From Octopus vulgaris (taxonomy: Eukaryota): 64,000 nt of DNA. A program made the position numbers and the translations under genes. The notes below the pieces were generated by a model, which was not told the origin of the DNA, made no database searches, and saw only the letters and a program-made list of their open reading frames with translations. This document shows, piece by piece, positions 13,950 through 27,187 of the stretch; position 1 is the stretch's first letter; each line of letters starts with the position of its first letter. Location of the stretch: assembly GCA_951406725.2 (NCBI GenBank), contig OX597817.1:148056001-148120000 (forward strand), in the 5' to 3' direction.

Positions 13950-14310
13950 TTGTTGTTGTTGGTGGTTTGTTTGTTTGTTTGTTGAGCGAAGCGGTCTTCG
14001 TCTTATTAGTGGGAGAAGTCCGAAAGGTGGTCCTTTGCTATTCGTAAGACCCGCAGAAGAGAAAGCAGGTCAACCCCCGACACCGAGAGCATCGACGGAT
14101 GGATGAATGCGTATCCAGGCTCAGCGGTTGCGTAAGAAGTCGGGGACAAGAAAGAGGAAGAAAGAGTGGGATAAAGTTGGAGCGAAAGAGTACAACAGGG
14201 GTCGCCACCACCCGCCACCACCCGCTGCCGGAGCCTCGTGGAGCTTTAGATGTTTTCGCTCAATAAACACACACAACACCCAGTCTGGGAATCGAAACCG
14301 CGATCCTCCG
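13950..14310 (-). mobile_element. tRNA-derived SINE family C copy (A-box region missing) with (AAC)/(AAAC) tail
   Basis: Minus strand GCGGTTTCGATTCCCAGACTGGGTGTTGTGTGTGTTTATTGAGCGAAAACATCTAAAGCTCCACGAG matches 60446+, 53869+ and 52368+. Confidence 0.75.
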
Positions 14311-14699
14311 GTAGTGATGGTGGTGGTGATGTAAGCTCGCCGGAAAACCCTACCACTGCAGACCCGCGATCAGAGCTGTGTCATGATGATGTGACACTGC
14401 AAAGGATTTTAGAACTGGAACTACATTATCAAATATATCTTATATGTGGCTTGATGGATAGTTCGATGGTCTAGGACCGCCACGTGGATTTCCATATATG
14501 AGCCTGGTGTATCAAATGTAAAACCTTCTCAATGAATTAGTGTGCGAAATACCTGAGTATTTCACAAGCAGGTGGATTCTTTACAAGACTGAATCTTTAA
14601 ATTTGATCTGACACACCTCTACAGCTTCCAAATATTTTCTAAGGACGTGCACTTTCAGGCGTTCGTCAAAATTACAGGCGTCTTATGTAAAATGTTCGG

Positions 14700-15035
14700 C
14701 TATAATTGTGACAGAGTAATAGAAACTAAAAGTCCTGATTTAGGATAAAAATGTGCCAGATAATTGACTGTATAGAGTCAAATGATGAGAAAGTCAATAT
14801 GAGAAGTATAGAGAAATTAGTAAAGGACCAGGATCTAGCCATTGAGCTACAGAGAGCAATTTGACTACATGGATTGAGGAAATAGGCATAAAACCTAGTT
14901 TAGTAGATCTCCATAAAACAGTGTTATTATGGACAGCTAGGTTAATTAACAGGGTTCGTGGCATCTAAGGGTACTTGTTGTAGCCAGATGTTAGGAATTT
15001 TTTTACCAACAGTTAAATTTCTTGGGCATTAATGA
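14700..15035 (+). mobile_element. Degenerate R4/Dong-type LINE 3' fragment
   Basis: CDRVIETKSPD...CQIID...EKL..DQDLAIELQR...LHKTVLLWTARLINRV followed by 3'UTR and (AAT)n. Confidence 0.6.
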
Positions 15036-15233
<198 letters not shown>

Positions 15234-15389
15234 AAGGTATTGGAATCTTATATATATATCATTCTGCCTAAAAACTGGATCTACAACTTCAATATCCCTA
15301 CATATCTCACATCTATTTTCTTTCTTCCACCTCACTCTCTATTTTATATATTATCTAAATTAATTATTACTTAACCATTCTCTCACACC

Positions 15390-15441
15390 GTCTCCGATGA
15401 AGGGATATGATTAATAAATATCCTGTAAACAGCTGTAAGAC
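15390..15441 (+). ncRNA. Variant hammerhead motif in a ~280-bp pLTR-like insert between (AAT)n arrays
   Basis: GUCU-CCGAUGA-A-GGGAUAU...AUAUCCU-GUAAA-CAGCUG-UA-AGAC. Palindromic ACAGCUGU helix III; core deviates from consensus. Confidence 0.5.
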
Positions 15442-15541
15442 CTTTTATCTATAAATGTTCTAATATCTACACAGTCTTGATTTTTTTTATCTCATTACGT
15501 AAAAAAATTTAATAATAATAATAATAATAGTAGTAATAATA

Positions 15542-15680
15542 AGGATCAATTACCGAAAGGCCTTTGATAAGGATCGATTACCGAAACGCTTGTGATAGGA
15601 TTGATTACCGAAAAGCTTTTGATAGGATCAATTACCGAAAGGCTTGTGATGGGATCGATCGATTACCGAAAGGTTTTTAA
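15542..15680 (+). repeat. Five tandem ~27-bp units (AGGATCGATTACCGAAAGGCTTTTGAT) at the 5' junction of a LINE
   Basis: Read directly. The unit encodes the RT motif IDYRKAFD. Confidence 0.85.
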
Positions 15681-17549
15681 CTGTATTGCCCACACATGGA
15701 TCCTAGAAACACTAGCTATGAACAAGGTAGTATCAATACTCATAAAATATATAACACATTCCCTGAATAAAAGGCAGACAGAAGAGGGATTCATAAAGAC
15801 CAAAGCCATCCCAAATGGAAGAGGAATATCCCAGGGAGACACGCTCTCGCCACTCTTTTTCTGCTTGGCCCTGACACCTTTATCTGACATGCTAAACAGA
15901 ACTGGATGTGGATACAACTGCTACGGCAAAACAATTAGCAATGGATGACCTAAAACTGCACGCTACAATTGATAAACAGTTGGAAACATCACTACAGGCA
16001 GAAGATGAGTTTACCAAAGAAATGAACATGAAATATGGCTTAGAAAAATGTGCCAAAGCAACCTTGAAAAGAGGAAAACTAGTGAGGAGTAACAACATCA
16101 CACTAGATAAAGCAAATGAAATAAGAGAATTAGACCGAAGCCAGACATACAAATACTTAGGAATCAATGAACCAGATACGATACAACACACACAATTGAA
16201 AGAGAAAATAAATAAAGACAAGTTAGATTAATGCTGAAAACAGCGCTTAATGCCAAAAACAAGACAATAGGCATCAACACTCTAGCGGTCCCAGCTATAA
16301 GTTACAACTACAATATCCTTAACTGGACACTAAATGAACTAATCAAAAAAGAGAGGGAAACGAGAAAGATAAAAAACAGGATTTTAGGATGCACCAACCA
16401 AAATCTGATATAGACAGGTTATATATACAACGTATAGAAGGTGGTAGAGGCCTTATATAGCTAGAAAACTATTACAAAATAACCACCATAGGACTACAAA
16501 TATACCTACTTCAGAAACAAGGAAAGCTAATACAAATAACCCACAAAACACGAACAAAATAAAAAACTGTTTTCTGCCTTTACGGAAGCTGATAAATACA
16601 AAAAAAAGGGGGTCACACAACCTAACAACTATGAAGAAAAAGAAGAAACAAAAAAAGCTGTAAAACTATTGAAATCCGAACTAAAACTGGAACAGCAACG
16701 AACCATGATAAAATGAAGACAAGAAAAGCCTCTTCATGGCAAATGCTGGGTTAAACTAAAGGCAAAAGAAATAGGCAAAGCACAATCCCAACAATGGGCG
16801 AGAGGATCAGGAAACAAAGCAGATACTGAGGAACTTTTAATGGCTGCACAAGACTAAAGTCTCCCCACTAGAAATTACCAGACAGCTATAATGAAAAGAA
16901 ACATAACAACTAACCGCAGAGTATGTGGAGATCGAGAAGAAACAAAAGAAAAAACATATTGTCTCTAGCTGCCCAGACACGACAAAGTTGGTATCTATAT
17001 ACATTGGAAACTATGCCAGCACTATGGAATAACAACTGAAAAAAGATGGTATATGCACACGTCAGAAAAGGTCACAGAAAATGAGAACGCAACCATCCTA
17101 TGGAATATTAAGGATAATAGGCCAACAGAAATTTAGGCCCAAAGGCCGTATATAGCTGTTTGACAGAGATTATCAAGTAAAATTGCTTTCTAATCGATGT
17201 ATCTGTATCAAAAGATGACAACGTTTCTCTAAAAGAAATGGAGAAACTTTTAAAATACAACCACTTGGAAATACAGTTAACTCGAATGTGAAGTCTAAAA
17301 ACAGAAACAATTCCTCTCATAGTAGGCGTGTTAGCTATGATACAAAAATATTCAGACAAATACATAACAAAAACACCAGGACTAACAAATTAATATAATA
17401 CACAGAAAATTGCACTACTAGGCACCGCACACATCCTATGTAAAACATTTCAATACATTAATAATAAGAGCATTACAACAAACACATACCCAAGGGACAC
17501 AGAACTGCGCTCAGTTGTACAGTGAAAGCACGTGATAAAAATACTACTA

Positions 17550-17552
<3 letters not shown>
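15542..17552 (+). mobile_element. 5'-truncated R4/Dong-clade non-LTR retrotransposon (decayed RT, CCHC knuckle, RLE)
   Basis: DYRKVF..I.H.WI, GRGISQGDTLSPLFFCLAL, MDDLKL, GLEKCAK, YKYLGI, C..CG...HI.S.C, IHWKLC, IPLIVG. Many stops and frameshifts; ends in (AAT)n. Confidence 0.9.
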
Positions 17553-17628
<76 letters not shown>

Positions 17629-17653
17629 TTAATAATAATAATAATAATAATAA

Positions 17654-19200
17654 TGCGCCAAAGTAACCCTGAAAAGAGGAATACTAGTTAAGAGTAGCAA
17701 CATCACACTAGATAAAGACAATGAAATAAGAAAATTAGACCAAAGCCAAACTTACAAATATTTAGGAATCCAAGAACTAAATAAGACACAACACACACAA
17801 ATGAAAGAGAAAATAAAGAAAGAATACTATAGACGAGTTAAATCAATTCTAAAAACAGAGCCCAATGCTAAAAACAAGATAATAGGTATTAAAACTGTAG
17901 GCGTCCCAGTTACAGCTACAATATCCTTAACTGGACGCTAAATGAACTAACCAAAATAGATAGGAATACAAGAAAAATAATGACAGGATCTAGGATGCAT
18001 CACCCAAAATATGCCATAGAAAGGCTAAATATACAACGTATAGAAGGTGATAGAAGCCTTATAAAGCTGGAAAACTACTATAAAATAAACACCATAGGAC
18101 TGCAAAAATATCTACTTCAGAAGCAAGGAAAACTGATAAAAATAGCGGCAAAACACGATCAAAACAAAAAATTGTTCTCAGTATTTAAGGAAGCTGATAA
18201 ATACAAACAAGGAATCATACCACCTAACAAATATGAAGAAGAAGAAGAAGAAGAAGAAGAAGAAGAAGAAGAAGAAGAAGAAGAAGAAGAAGAAGAAGAA
18301 GAAGAAGAAGAAGAAAACACAACAAAAGCTATAAAGCAAATGAAATCCAAACTAAAGCTAGAACAGCAACGGACCATGATAAAACGATGGCAAGAAAAGC
18401 CCCTTCATGGCAAGTACTGGACTAAACTAAATGCAAAAGAAATAGACAAAGAAGCTCAGGACTCAAAGCAGAGACAGAAGGATTTTTAATTGCAGCACAA
18501 GATCAATGCCTCCCCACCAGAAATTACCAAAAACTTATAAAATAAAAAGAAATATAACAAGTAACTGCAGAATATGTGGCGATGGACAAGAAACAATCAT
18601 ATTATCTCTGGCTGCCCAGTCCTGGCTAAGAAGGAATATATTCACAGACACAGAGTTGGGAGCTACATACACTGGAAGCTATGCCAACATTATGGAATAA
18701 TAACAGAAAAAAGATGGTACAGGCACACACCAGAAAAGGTCACAGAAAACGAGAAAGCAACCATACTCTGGGATATTCCAATACACACAAATAGAGAAAT
18801 TAAAGCCAACAGACCAGATATAGGTGTCAGAGATCATGAAGAAAAAAATGCTTTCTAATTGATATATCAATACCAGCAGATGACAACGCGACTCTAAAAG
18901 AAATGGAGAAACTTTCAAAATACAAAGACCTGGAAATAGAGGTAACTAGAATGTGGAATCTAAAACCAGAAACAATTCCTATCATAGTAGGTGCATTAGG
19001 CATGATAAAAAAATATTCAGACAAATACATAACAAAAACACCAGGACTTACAAATACATATAATATACAGAAAATTGCACCACTAGACACTGCACACATC
19101 CTACGCAGAATACTTTCTATACAATAACCATCAGAGCATCACAACAAATTACAGCACATACCTAAGTCAAACAGAGCACGTTATAAAAATAAAACTACTG
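17654..19200 (+). mobile_element. Second, less decayed 5'-truncated copy of the same R4/Dong family
   Basis: CAKVTLKRG, YKYLGI, CRICGDGQET.HIISGC, LWDIPIHTNREIKANRPDI, EKLSKYKDLEIE, IPIIVGALG. Same 3'UTR as the 15.5-kb copy, with (AAT)n on both sides. Confidence 0.92.
18235..18315 (+). repeat. (GAA)27 in-frame expansion inside the LINE ORF
   Basis: Read directly; gives the poly-E run in ORF 17980-18489. Confidence 0.9.
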
Positions 19201-19221
19201 AATGATAATAATAATAATAAC

Positions 19222-19285
<64 letters not shown>

Positions 19286-19287
19286 TT

Positions 19288-20138
19288 AAATGCCCTGATG
19301 CTGTGGCTCTCTGACTTTTGATGTTAACTGAAGTGATATCATGTGCATGTTTTGTCTTGGTATAAAGCAAAAAAAGGCTACAGTAAATATTCTGCTTAAT
19401 ACCAGAGACCTGTTGTCAGTTACTTGACCTTAACTAGTTGAGCATGTTCCTTAGTAACTGACGATAAATGCATAGATTACAGCGCAGATATTTGCTGACG
19501 ATACCCCAGATTTAGCTGTCAGTTGCTTTATCTTTACTTGAGCAAGTTTCTTAGTGCCTAACCATATGTGCGTTCCTGATCACGAGTAGAAATAGTGGGG
19601 GGAGCATTGTAGCCATGTGTTGAGAGGAATTCTTTGGAATTTGAATAATTTACATCTGGAAACATGGGTATTTCGTTCATCATCCTGAAACAACTCTCAT
19701 TCAGGGACGTCTTAAGCGGAATGGGCTACTCAACCAGAAGGACATTCTAACTGGGCCCCCACCTACAAAGTCATGCGCTGTTTACCTTGATATAAGCTCT
19801 CCATGCATTGCACAAATGGTTGTGATGCATGTGCAAGGTAGTCATCATAGTATATTGAGTATAATCTTTTCTAATCTAGGCACAAGGCCCGAAATTTTGG
19901 GGGAGGGTGCCAGTCGATTAGATCAACCCCAGTACGCAACTGGTACTTAATTTTTCGATCCCGACAGGATGAAAGGCAAATTCGACCTCGGGGGAATGTG
20001 AACCCAGAACATGAACACACACGAAATACTGCTGTGCATTTCGCCTCGCGTGCTAACGATTCTGCCAGCTCGCCTCCATTGGGCTTCGTATGATTGTACC
20101 CCACTGTCACTATGATGGCTTGCTATGCTCTGTCACTC
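19288..20138 (+). mobile_element. Unclassified ~550-bp (AAT)n-flanked element, diverged copy interrupted by SINE A
   Basis: Homologous to 20274-20831 and 50884-51859. Confidence 0.75.
19868..20077 (-). mobile_element. SINE family A copy nested in the 550-bp element
   Basis: Minus strand GGAGGCGAGCTGGCAGAATCGTTAGCACG...TTTGCCTTTCATCC...AAGTACCAG...GCCTTGTGCCTAG. Confidence 0.8.
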
Positions 20139-20144
20139 TATAAA

Positions 20145-20179
<35 letters not shown>

Positions 20180-20181
20180 GG

Positions 20182-20273
<92 letters not shown>

Positions 20274-20277
<4 letters not shown>

Positions 20278-20831
20278 GCCCTGCTGCACTACCAGGCAGA
20301 GGCTCTCATGGCTTCTCATCTTAACTGATTGGAAGTGTTATCATGTACATTGTTTTGTCTTTGTATAAAAGATGGGCTACAGCAAATATTCTGCTCAATA
20401 CCACAAATTTGCTTGTCAGTTGTTTGACCTTAACCAGTTGAGCATGTCCCTTAGTGGCTGACGATATGTGCATCTCTGATCACGAGCAGAAGTAGTGGGG
20501 GAGCATCATAGCCATGTGTTGAGAGGGATTCTTTGGAGTTTGAATAATTCACCTCTGGAAACATAGGTGGTTCTTTCAACATCCTTAAACAACCCTTGTT
20601 CAGCGATTTTTTGAGCGGGATGAGTTACTCAACCTGAAGAAAATTCTAACTGGGCCCCACCTGCAAGGTCATGTGCTGTTTATCTTGATACGAGATCACC
20701 ATGTCGCGCACATATGGTTGTGATGCATGTGCCTGGTGTACCCTTATCAGACGGGTAGTCATGATGGGTATATTGGGCTTCGTATATTTTACACCAGTGT
20801 CACGTTGATGGCATGCACTGCTCTCTCACTC
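20274..20831 (+). mobile_element. Unclassified ~550-bp (AAT)n-flanked element, uninterrupted copy
   Basis: AAATGCCCTG...CTCTCTCACTC between two (AAT)n arrays. Three copies in the window; no ORF recognised. Confidence 0.8.
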
Positions 20832-20923
<92 letters not shown>

Positions 20924-21689
20924 TGACGATGATGATTACGACGTTGATGATGATACTTATTGAATGTATTTATTACTTGTATCAGCCAGTGAAAGAACAA
21001 GACAGCTGCAATTATTACATTTTGCATATATTTATGTTATCGTCTGCATTAGCCTGAAGGAATGTTCTTGTCTTATTGTTGTAATAAAGTTCTTAAGTGC
21101 TGTATATCGTTGATTGTGACGTTGGGTAGCATAATTTATTTCTCATCGTTGTTTCGATGACACCGACGATCGCAGATTGGTCTGGAACTATGTTTCATGT
21201 TGGCACAGTATGTCTCGGGTCGGTAACAGTAATTGCAGATCTCATCTGCAATTAGAGGTATGCACTGCAGTTGTTTAATGTATTCCGTTGTGTAATCTTT
21301 TAATGTTATTTGCTAATGACATATTAAAAACGTCTACAAAGTTTTGTTTAAAATAACATATATAAAGAAATGAGCGGTGATATAAATATCAGAAAATATC
21401 AGATGGAAGTTTCATTCCTAGAGTAAAGATGAACAGCTGTTAAGTTAAATTAAATGAGAGAGAAATCTACTGAGTTCTAACAGAAAATTCTGAAGCCTTT
21501 CCATCCTTGACATGGTAATTAAAGAACTTAATACATACAAAGATACGCTCAATTAACACAATGATTTTACAGTTAAAATAATTTCCTTAGTATCTTTGGT
21601 CGTGAATTGATTCTGAATAAACATTGGTATTTGATAATTAACAGTATTAGGTTAATTTTCTAATAATTTAGAAAGAGATGTTTGCATGA

Positions 21690-21860
21690 GACGCAGGTAT
21701 AGCCGTGTGGTTAAAAGGCCTGCTTGGTAATTATATGATTTCGAATTCAAAAGCCTATGCTGGGCACCTTGGCCAAATATCTTCTCGTATAGCTCTGAAA
21801 TAAGCAATGCCTTGTGAGAGAATTTTATACAGGGAAACTCTGTGGAAGCCGGCCTTATGT
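21690..21860 (+). mobile_element. Diverged SINE family B head
   Basis: GACGCAGGTATAGCCGTGTGGTT...GGCACCTTGGCCAA...GCCTTGTGAG resembles 47328+. Confidence 0.55.
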
Positions 21861-22502
21861 GTGTTTGTTAGTATCGGTCCTCTCTCCCATCGTGACAACC
21901 GAATGGGTTTGTTCTGTGGTTTGGCAACATATACAGATGATATTAAATAGGTATGGAATAGCAGCATAGGGTAGACATATCCGGGTACTCAAGAAAGCTC
22001 TTTCGCAATTGCATTATTTAGGTTCAATCCCACCTCTAGTATATGGGACAAGTTTATCCTCATGTAATAACTTGTTGAAAAATAAGTTGTGAATGGTATC
22101 AGTGTGTGTGTGTGTGTGTGCGCGCGTGCGTGTGTGTGTGTGCGCGCGTGTCCATGTGTGTGAATATATATACATTTATACACATATATATACATACATA
22201 TATAGACATATATGTGTATATATATATACTGAACACAAAAGACTTTGTTGAGGAAACGGGGAAAAAATAGAAATAAAAACAAATAAAATAGGTATAAAGA
22301 TTAAAGTTATAAACACTTCACCACATATACTTCATTTCAATATCAATAAATAAATAAATAGATATATAAAATAGAATAATTCAAGGCAAGATGCATCTCA
22401 CAACTGACGAAACAGCAGCTCTGTGTCCCTGCCCAGTCCCTCTCTTTCCCTATCTCTTCCTCTCTCTCTTTATCTAATATAGTATAATATAATATATGAT
22501 AA

Positions 22503-22539
<37 letters not shown>

Positions 22540-22681
22540 ATATGACTATTACATCCAACGATTCTAGTCAACGCACAAGACAACCATTATGTTCCCACTC
22601 ACAAAACACCACCACGTGTACTGTGTTGAGACTAGTAAGAAACAATTATGAACTTTTTTATTATATTTAACTTTTTAAAAT

Positions 22682-22729
22682 ATTTTTGATATGGTTCAAT
22701 TTTTCAAGAAGAACCGAAACATGTAAAAT
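22682..22729 (+). ncRNA. Degenerate hammerhead motif in a small (AT)n-flanked repeat
   Basis: AUUU-UUGAUA-U-GGUUC...GAACC-GAAA-CAUG-UA-AAAU. Palindromic ACAUGU helix III; the CUGANGA box is mutated. Confidence 0.45.
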
Positions 22730-22845
22730 CTCTCAGAAAATGAAAATTTGTCTTATATAGTGGCGTTTTCAAACTACTTTTTTAATAAATATATGTATGC
22801 CACCTACACTTTTATGAATAAATAAATAAATAAATATATGTATAC

Positions 22846-22892
<47 letters not shown>

Positions 22893-22966
22893 TATATAAA
22901 TACATATGTACATATATACATATATGAATATATATATATATATACATATGTACATATACACATATA

Positions 22967-23033
<67 letters not shown>

Positions 23034-24883
23034 ATATATGCATACACTCTGTGTGCATTACTTCTAGTGAACTAATGAAGATGACTCCTGTTCTTTTGTT
23101 TATATATATGAAATCAGATATTGGTAAGATAGATAGAAAACTGAAAGAAGCACTTTTAAAGAAAAATATATTGAATGTATTGGATCTCCACAGCCACAAA
23201 TGCTTTCCTCAAACATTTGAAAGGATATAAACGAGCAAGGGGTGATCAATTTGTTCCGAATTTCAGAATATATTCTTATCTTTGCAGTCTAAATTTAGTA
23301 GGAATCATTTGCGCTTGTCGGATCTGTCTTACATTAAATTACCAAGATTTATAAACTAAACTCGGGTTTATAAACGATCACTTCATATACAAACATTCAC
23401 TTCTGGTATTTTCCTCCTACATCGCCTTAATCTCATAATACGTCTGATGAGGAAAAACGTTTCTTTATGTCTGTTTAAACTACCAGTCATGACGAAAATA
23501 ATTATTTCGAGTAAATTTATTTTTAATGAACTCATATGAATCAAGAATTTAAAAAGCAATTAATTGCAATTTATGGCATTCGGATTTTTTTATGTCCAGC
23601 ATATCTCGGCAAATAGATGGAAATAGAATATAGATTTACTGACTGCTGAAAGCCATTGTAATTATAGAAGTAAGGAATTTCACTAAGGAATCCGAAACTG
23701 AAATAACTGTAATAACTTAGGGCCGTACACATGCGTTGTAGACAAGGTGTAGGTAATTAAATATTCGGTTAATAACTGTGTGACTGATTGTCATTCCACT
23801 GCGTGTTACCTTGACAAAGAACCTTCTAACGTAACCTCTGGCTGACTGATTCCTTCTAAGTGACGTTCGTTGGACAGGAGCTGTGAAAACATGTGTCGTA
23901 ATAGCAATTGGTAGTTTGTTGTATAGGGGCGTGTGTTTTAGTCTGCGTCTGTGTGTGTTGTGTGTGTATGTGTTTGTGTGCGTGTGTGTGACTGCATGTA
24001 TGAGAGTGTGTGTGTGTGTATTTGTGTGTGTGTGTGTGTGTGTGTGTGGATCTGTGCGTAGTCTTCTGTGATGTATGTCGACGCATGTTGTAATCATTGT
24101 TTTAGAACCCGATACTATGTGAAAGAAGTTCTTTCTGAGAAAAAGAAAAAATCTTTTGCACCAAGTTACCGACATTTAATTGCCGGTTTAGAAACGCAAC
24201 TATCATTAAATATTAACCGAAAACCAAGGGCCAACAAATTTACGTTTTCCTAAATTATGACATGAAATAAAAAGGATCAGATGTATGGCAGTAATTTTAA
24301 GTTCGTCACAACAAATAGGCCTAAATAGCCTTCTACGTCAGTATGTGTATAGCGCCCGTTGGATTGTTTTCTAAAATTCTATCCAAAACATTGGTTTTAT
24401 TGTTGCAATCAGTCTTTTATGTGATGTATATTTGTATATTCGTGTCAGGCTTTGTCTTAAATCTCTGATTTCAAGCACACATTTACCTCCCATCATTTTA
24501 TTAATATATGCAGTTGTGGTTTATGTTTTAGATATTGCTTTGAATTAGTTTTAACGGAAAATACGATTCGATTATCAGGAGTTCTGTTTACCGGTATTTT
24601 GTTGTGTTTTGAGGCGATAAAGATTCACTTCATTTTTTGTTAGTTTCTTCCTAACAACGTGTAACGACAAACGCCTGCTGCATGTTTTCTGAAGCTGGTT
24701 ACAACTTGACAATTATAGAAACGTGAAAGAAGAGGGAAATAAGGAGAGAAGGTGATCAAAAAACGGGAGAGCAAAAGCAAAACTTCAACAGCAGGATTTA
24801 GAATACAATAGACATGAAATATCAAAAGAGGAGGCAAATGAAAGAGAGACGGATGATGACATGCATGAATGCATAAATATACA

Positions 24884-24940
<57 letters not shown>

Positions 24941-24947
24941 TATTAAT

Positions 24948-25016
<69 letters not shown>

Positions 25017-25049
25017 TTGAGGGAATATTATTCCAAACTTACAGGTATT

Positions 25050-25310
25050 TTTTTCTAATTTGAAAGACATCAAAGAGGAACAGGATCCCATCAACTTTAA
25101 ACGGAGTCTGGATATTTTCCTTTAAGGAATACCAGATAAGCCACCCATAATTGGATACAACTCACCCAACAAAAACTCGCTACGTGAATGGACCATAAAC
25201 AAAACTCGACTTAAACAGGATTCAAATAATCCTATCAGGTGGTGCTATTATGTTAGACATGGCCTGAACAAATCATTGGTCGAAACATATCTAAGTTTAT
25301 CTAAGTTTAT
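25050..25310 (+). mobile_element. CR1-type LINE 3' end with (CTAAGTTTAT)2 tail
   Basis: Translates IKEEQDPINFKRSLDIFL*GIPDKPPIIGYNSPNKNSLREW, matching the FK..LD..L...PD.P C-terminus of invertebrate CR1 ORF2. Confidence 0.65.
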
Positions 25311-25367
25311 ATAAAAATATATATACACATATATATGTATAGATTTATACATACACAAATATATATA

Positions 25368-25547
<180 letters not shown>

Positions 25548-25754
25548 TTGAAGTAGATAAATGAATTATCTTATTACGGATAATTCAAATGATAACCGAT
25601 ACCTGGGTAGCAAAAATCACACCAGAAAAAGCACGGTTGAAGTTACGATCATGGGGCATAAAAACCGTGCCTTAGTGCGGAAATTTGAAGTTTTATATAT
25701 TAAGTGTTGGAAGAAACGGAGCTGAACGAAGATTTAACAAAATTCCTTTATATT

Positions 25755-25840
25755 ATTTTCTACATATGTTTCGAAGGCTGCAAAGTCCCTAATTCGGATT
25801 GAATAAGGAGTCCATTTTGCAGTTTTCTCTTCAGGAAAAT
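25755..25840 (-). ncRNA. Hammerhead ribozyme, 3' pLTR copy
   Basis: AUUUUC-CUGAAGA-GAAAACUGCAAA...UUUGCAGCCUUC-GAAA-CAUAUG-UA-GAAAAU. Confidence 0.8.
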
Positions 25841-25879
25841 CCAGGAACTTAATTCTCCAACAAAATGCACAACAAGCTT

Positions 25880-27187
25880 ATTATCTGTTATAGTTTTTGC
25901 GTGGTTAGAGAAAATACTGACATACTTTAGGTTAGTGGAAGGTTTATGGTAGGGGCAGTAAGAATCGCTATGCAGGTTTAGTGTGACATCTAAGAAATTT
26001 GCCTTGGTAAGTTCGTTATCAAAAACTATGCTCATGCCCATCCTATTAAAGAACCTAGCTAATCTATTTTTAGTTTTCTGTATCATTCTATTCGGGGTGT
26101 TCTGTAGGTAAAACAGACAATCGTCACGATATAGGCCGCCTCCGATGTTCGGGAATTGGTCGGATAATTCATAGAGAATATAGATTCCGACCAAATCGGC
26201 AATCTAGGCGCTATCTGAACTTCCCATAGGAATATCGAACTCGTTGGGAGTATCCTTACGAACCCATAACTTATCTTCAAAATGTATAAAGGATTTTCTG
26301 GCGACTAGAATTATATCAATTTCTTCTCTTGCGAGGCCTGCCTTATTATGTGCATGCCACAGGGCCTTATTGAGTACACTAGGGTTAATCGAGGGGTAGA
26401 AATTAGCAATATCGAACTGAATGAACTTAGTTCTGTTTTTATTAGGGATAGAAGAGAACCACTTTACGACTTGCGAGGAGTTCGCCCAAAGATTAAGCTT
26501 AAGATTATTAACTAAACTAGGAATGTATTTGTCTAAAATGTACTTACTGATGGAACCGATGTCGGAACTAGAAGGGCATATGAGCCTTAATGCTGGATTG
26601 GTGTGGAAATTTGGTTTGTGGTCCTTAACGATGAATCTAGGTTATCTTGGGTTAAGCGGTTGTGTTCTCATTTGAAGCCCATAATTTACCATAATTTTCT
26701 TAATCTCCAAGTTAACTCTTCTCAGTGTATTCTTATTTGTAGTTCTATAGTTCTTCTGGATCTCTTACCTGAGTAATTCTAAGTACTGGTTTATAGGTAT
26801 CTTGTAAGTATTCCTTGTTTTGTCAGATTGGACCAGGATTCCGTCTGAGCTGTTGATATCCTTAGTAATTTTCCCTAGGTATCTAAGGTGTTCATTCCTA
26901 CGGGACGACTTCCTGAATTTAATGCTCCTTACAATGCCCCATAAGTCGTCCTCAAATTTCTTCAGTCTGGGATTGGGTGGTGGCGTCTCCATCGACTTGA
27001 AAAGCTTCTTATATTCGGATGATGTTACGGACCGGTTCTGTTTTAAATCCTCGTTATCATGAAAGAAAGCGAGCCATCTAATCCGGTTGATGAATGCATT
27101 TGTTTTGCTGACAATTTCCTTAAGGAAGGTTTCCTTTGGTGGTATAGGAATGTCCTTAAGGGACGCGTTAATCTCGAACAACTCCAT
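25880..27187 (-). pseudogene. Naiad-type PLE reverse transcriptase pseudogene
   Basis: A single frame joins ORFs 26765-27187 and 25760-26194 through point nonsense mutations. Confidence 0.88.

Noticed and set aside
15542-15680. CRISPR-like short repeat array
   Set aside because: Units are contiguous with no unique spacers, derive from LINE RT sequence, and the context is eukaryotic with no cas genes.
23436-23515. CTGATGAG...GAAAATAATTATTTC as a hammerhead
   Set aside because: No convincing stem I or stem II pairing.
25880-27187. Selenoprotein-coding Naiad (in-frame UGA, SECIS)
   Set aside because: The in-frame stops I read are TAA, TAA and TAG, not TGA, and no SECIS was evident. The deleted C-terminal part cannot be assessed.
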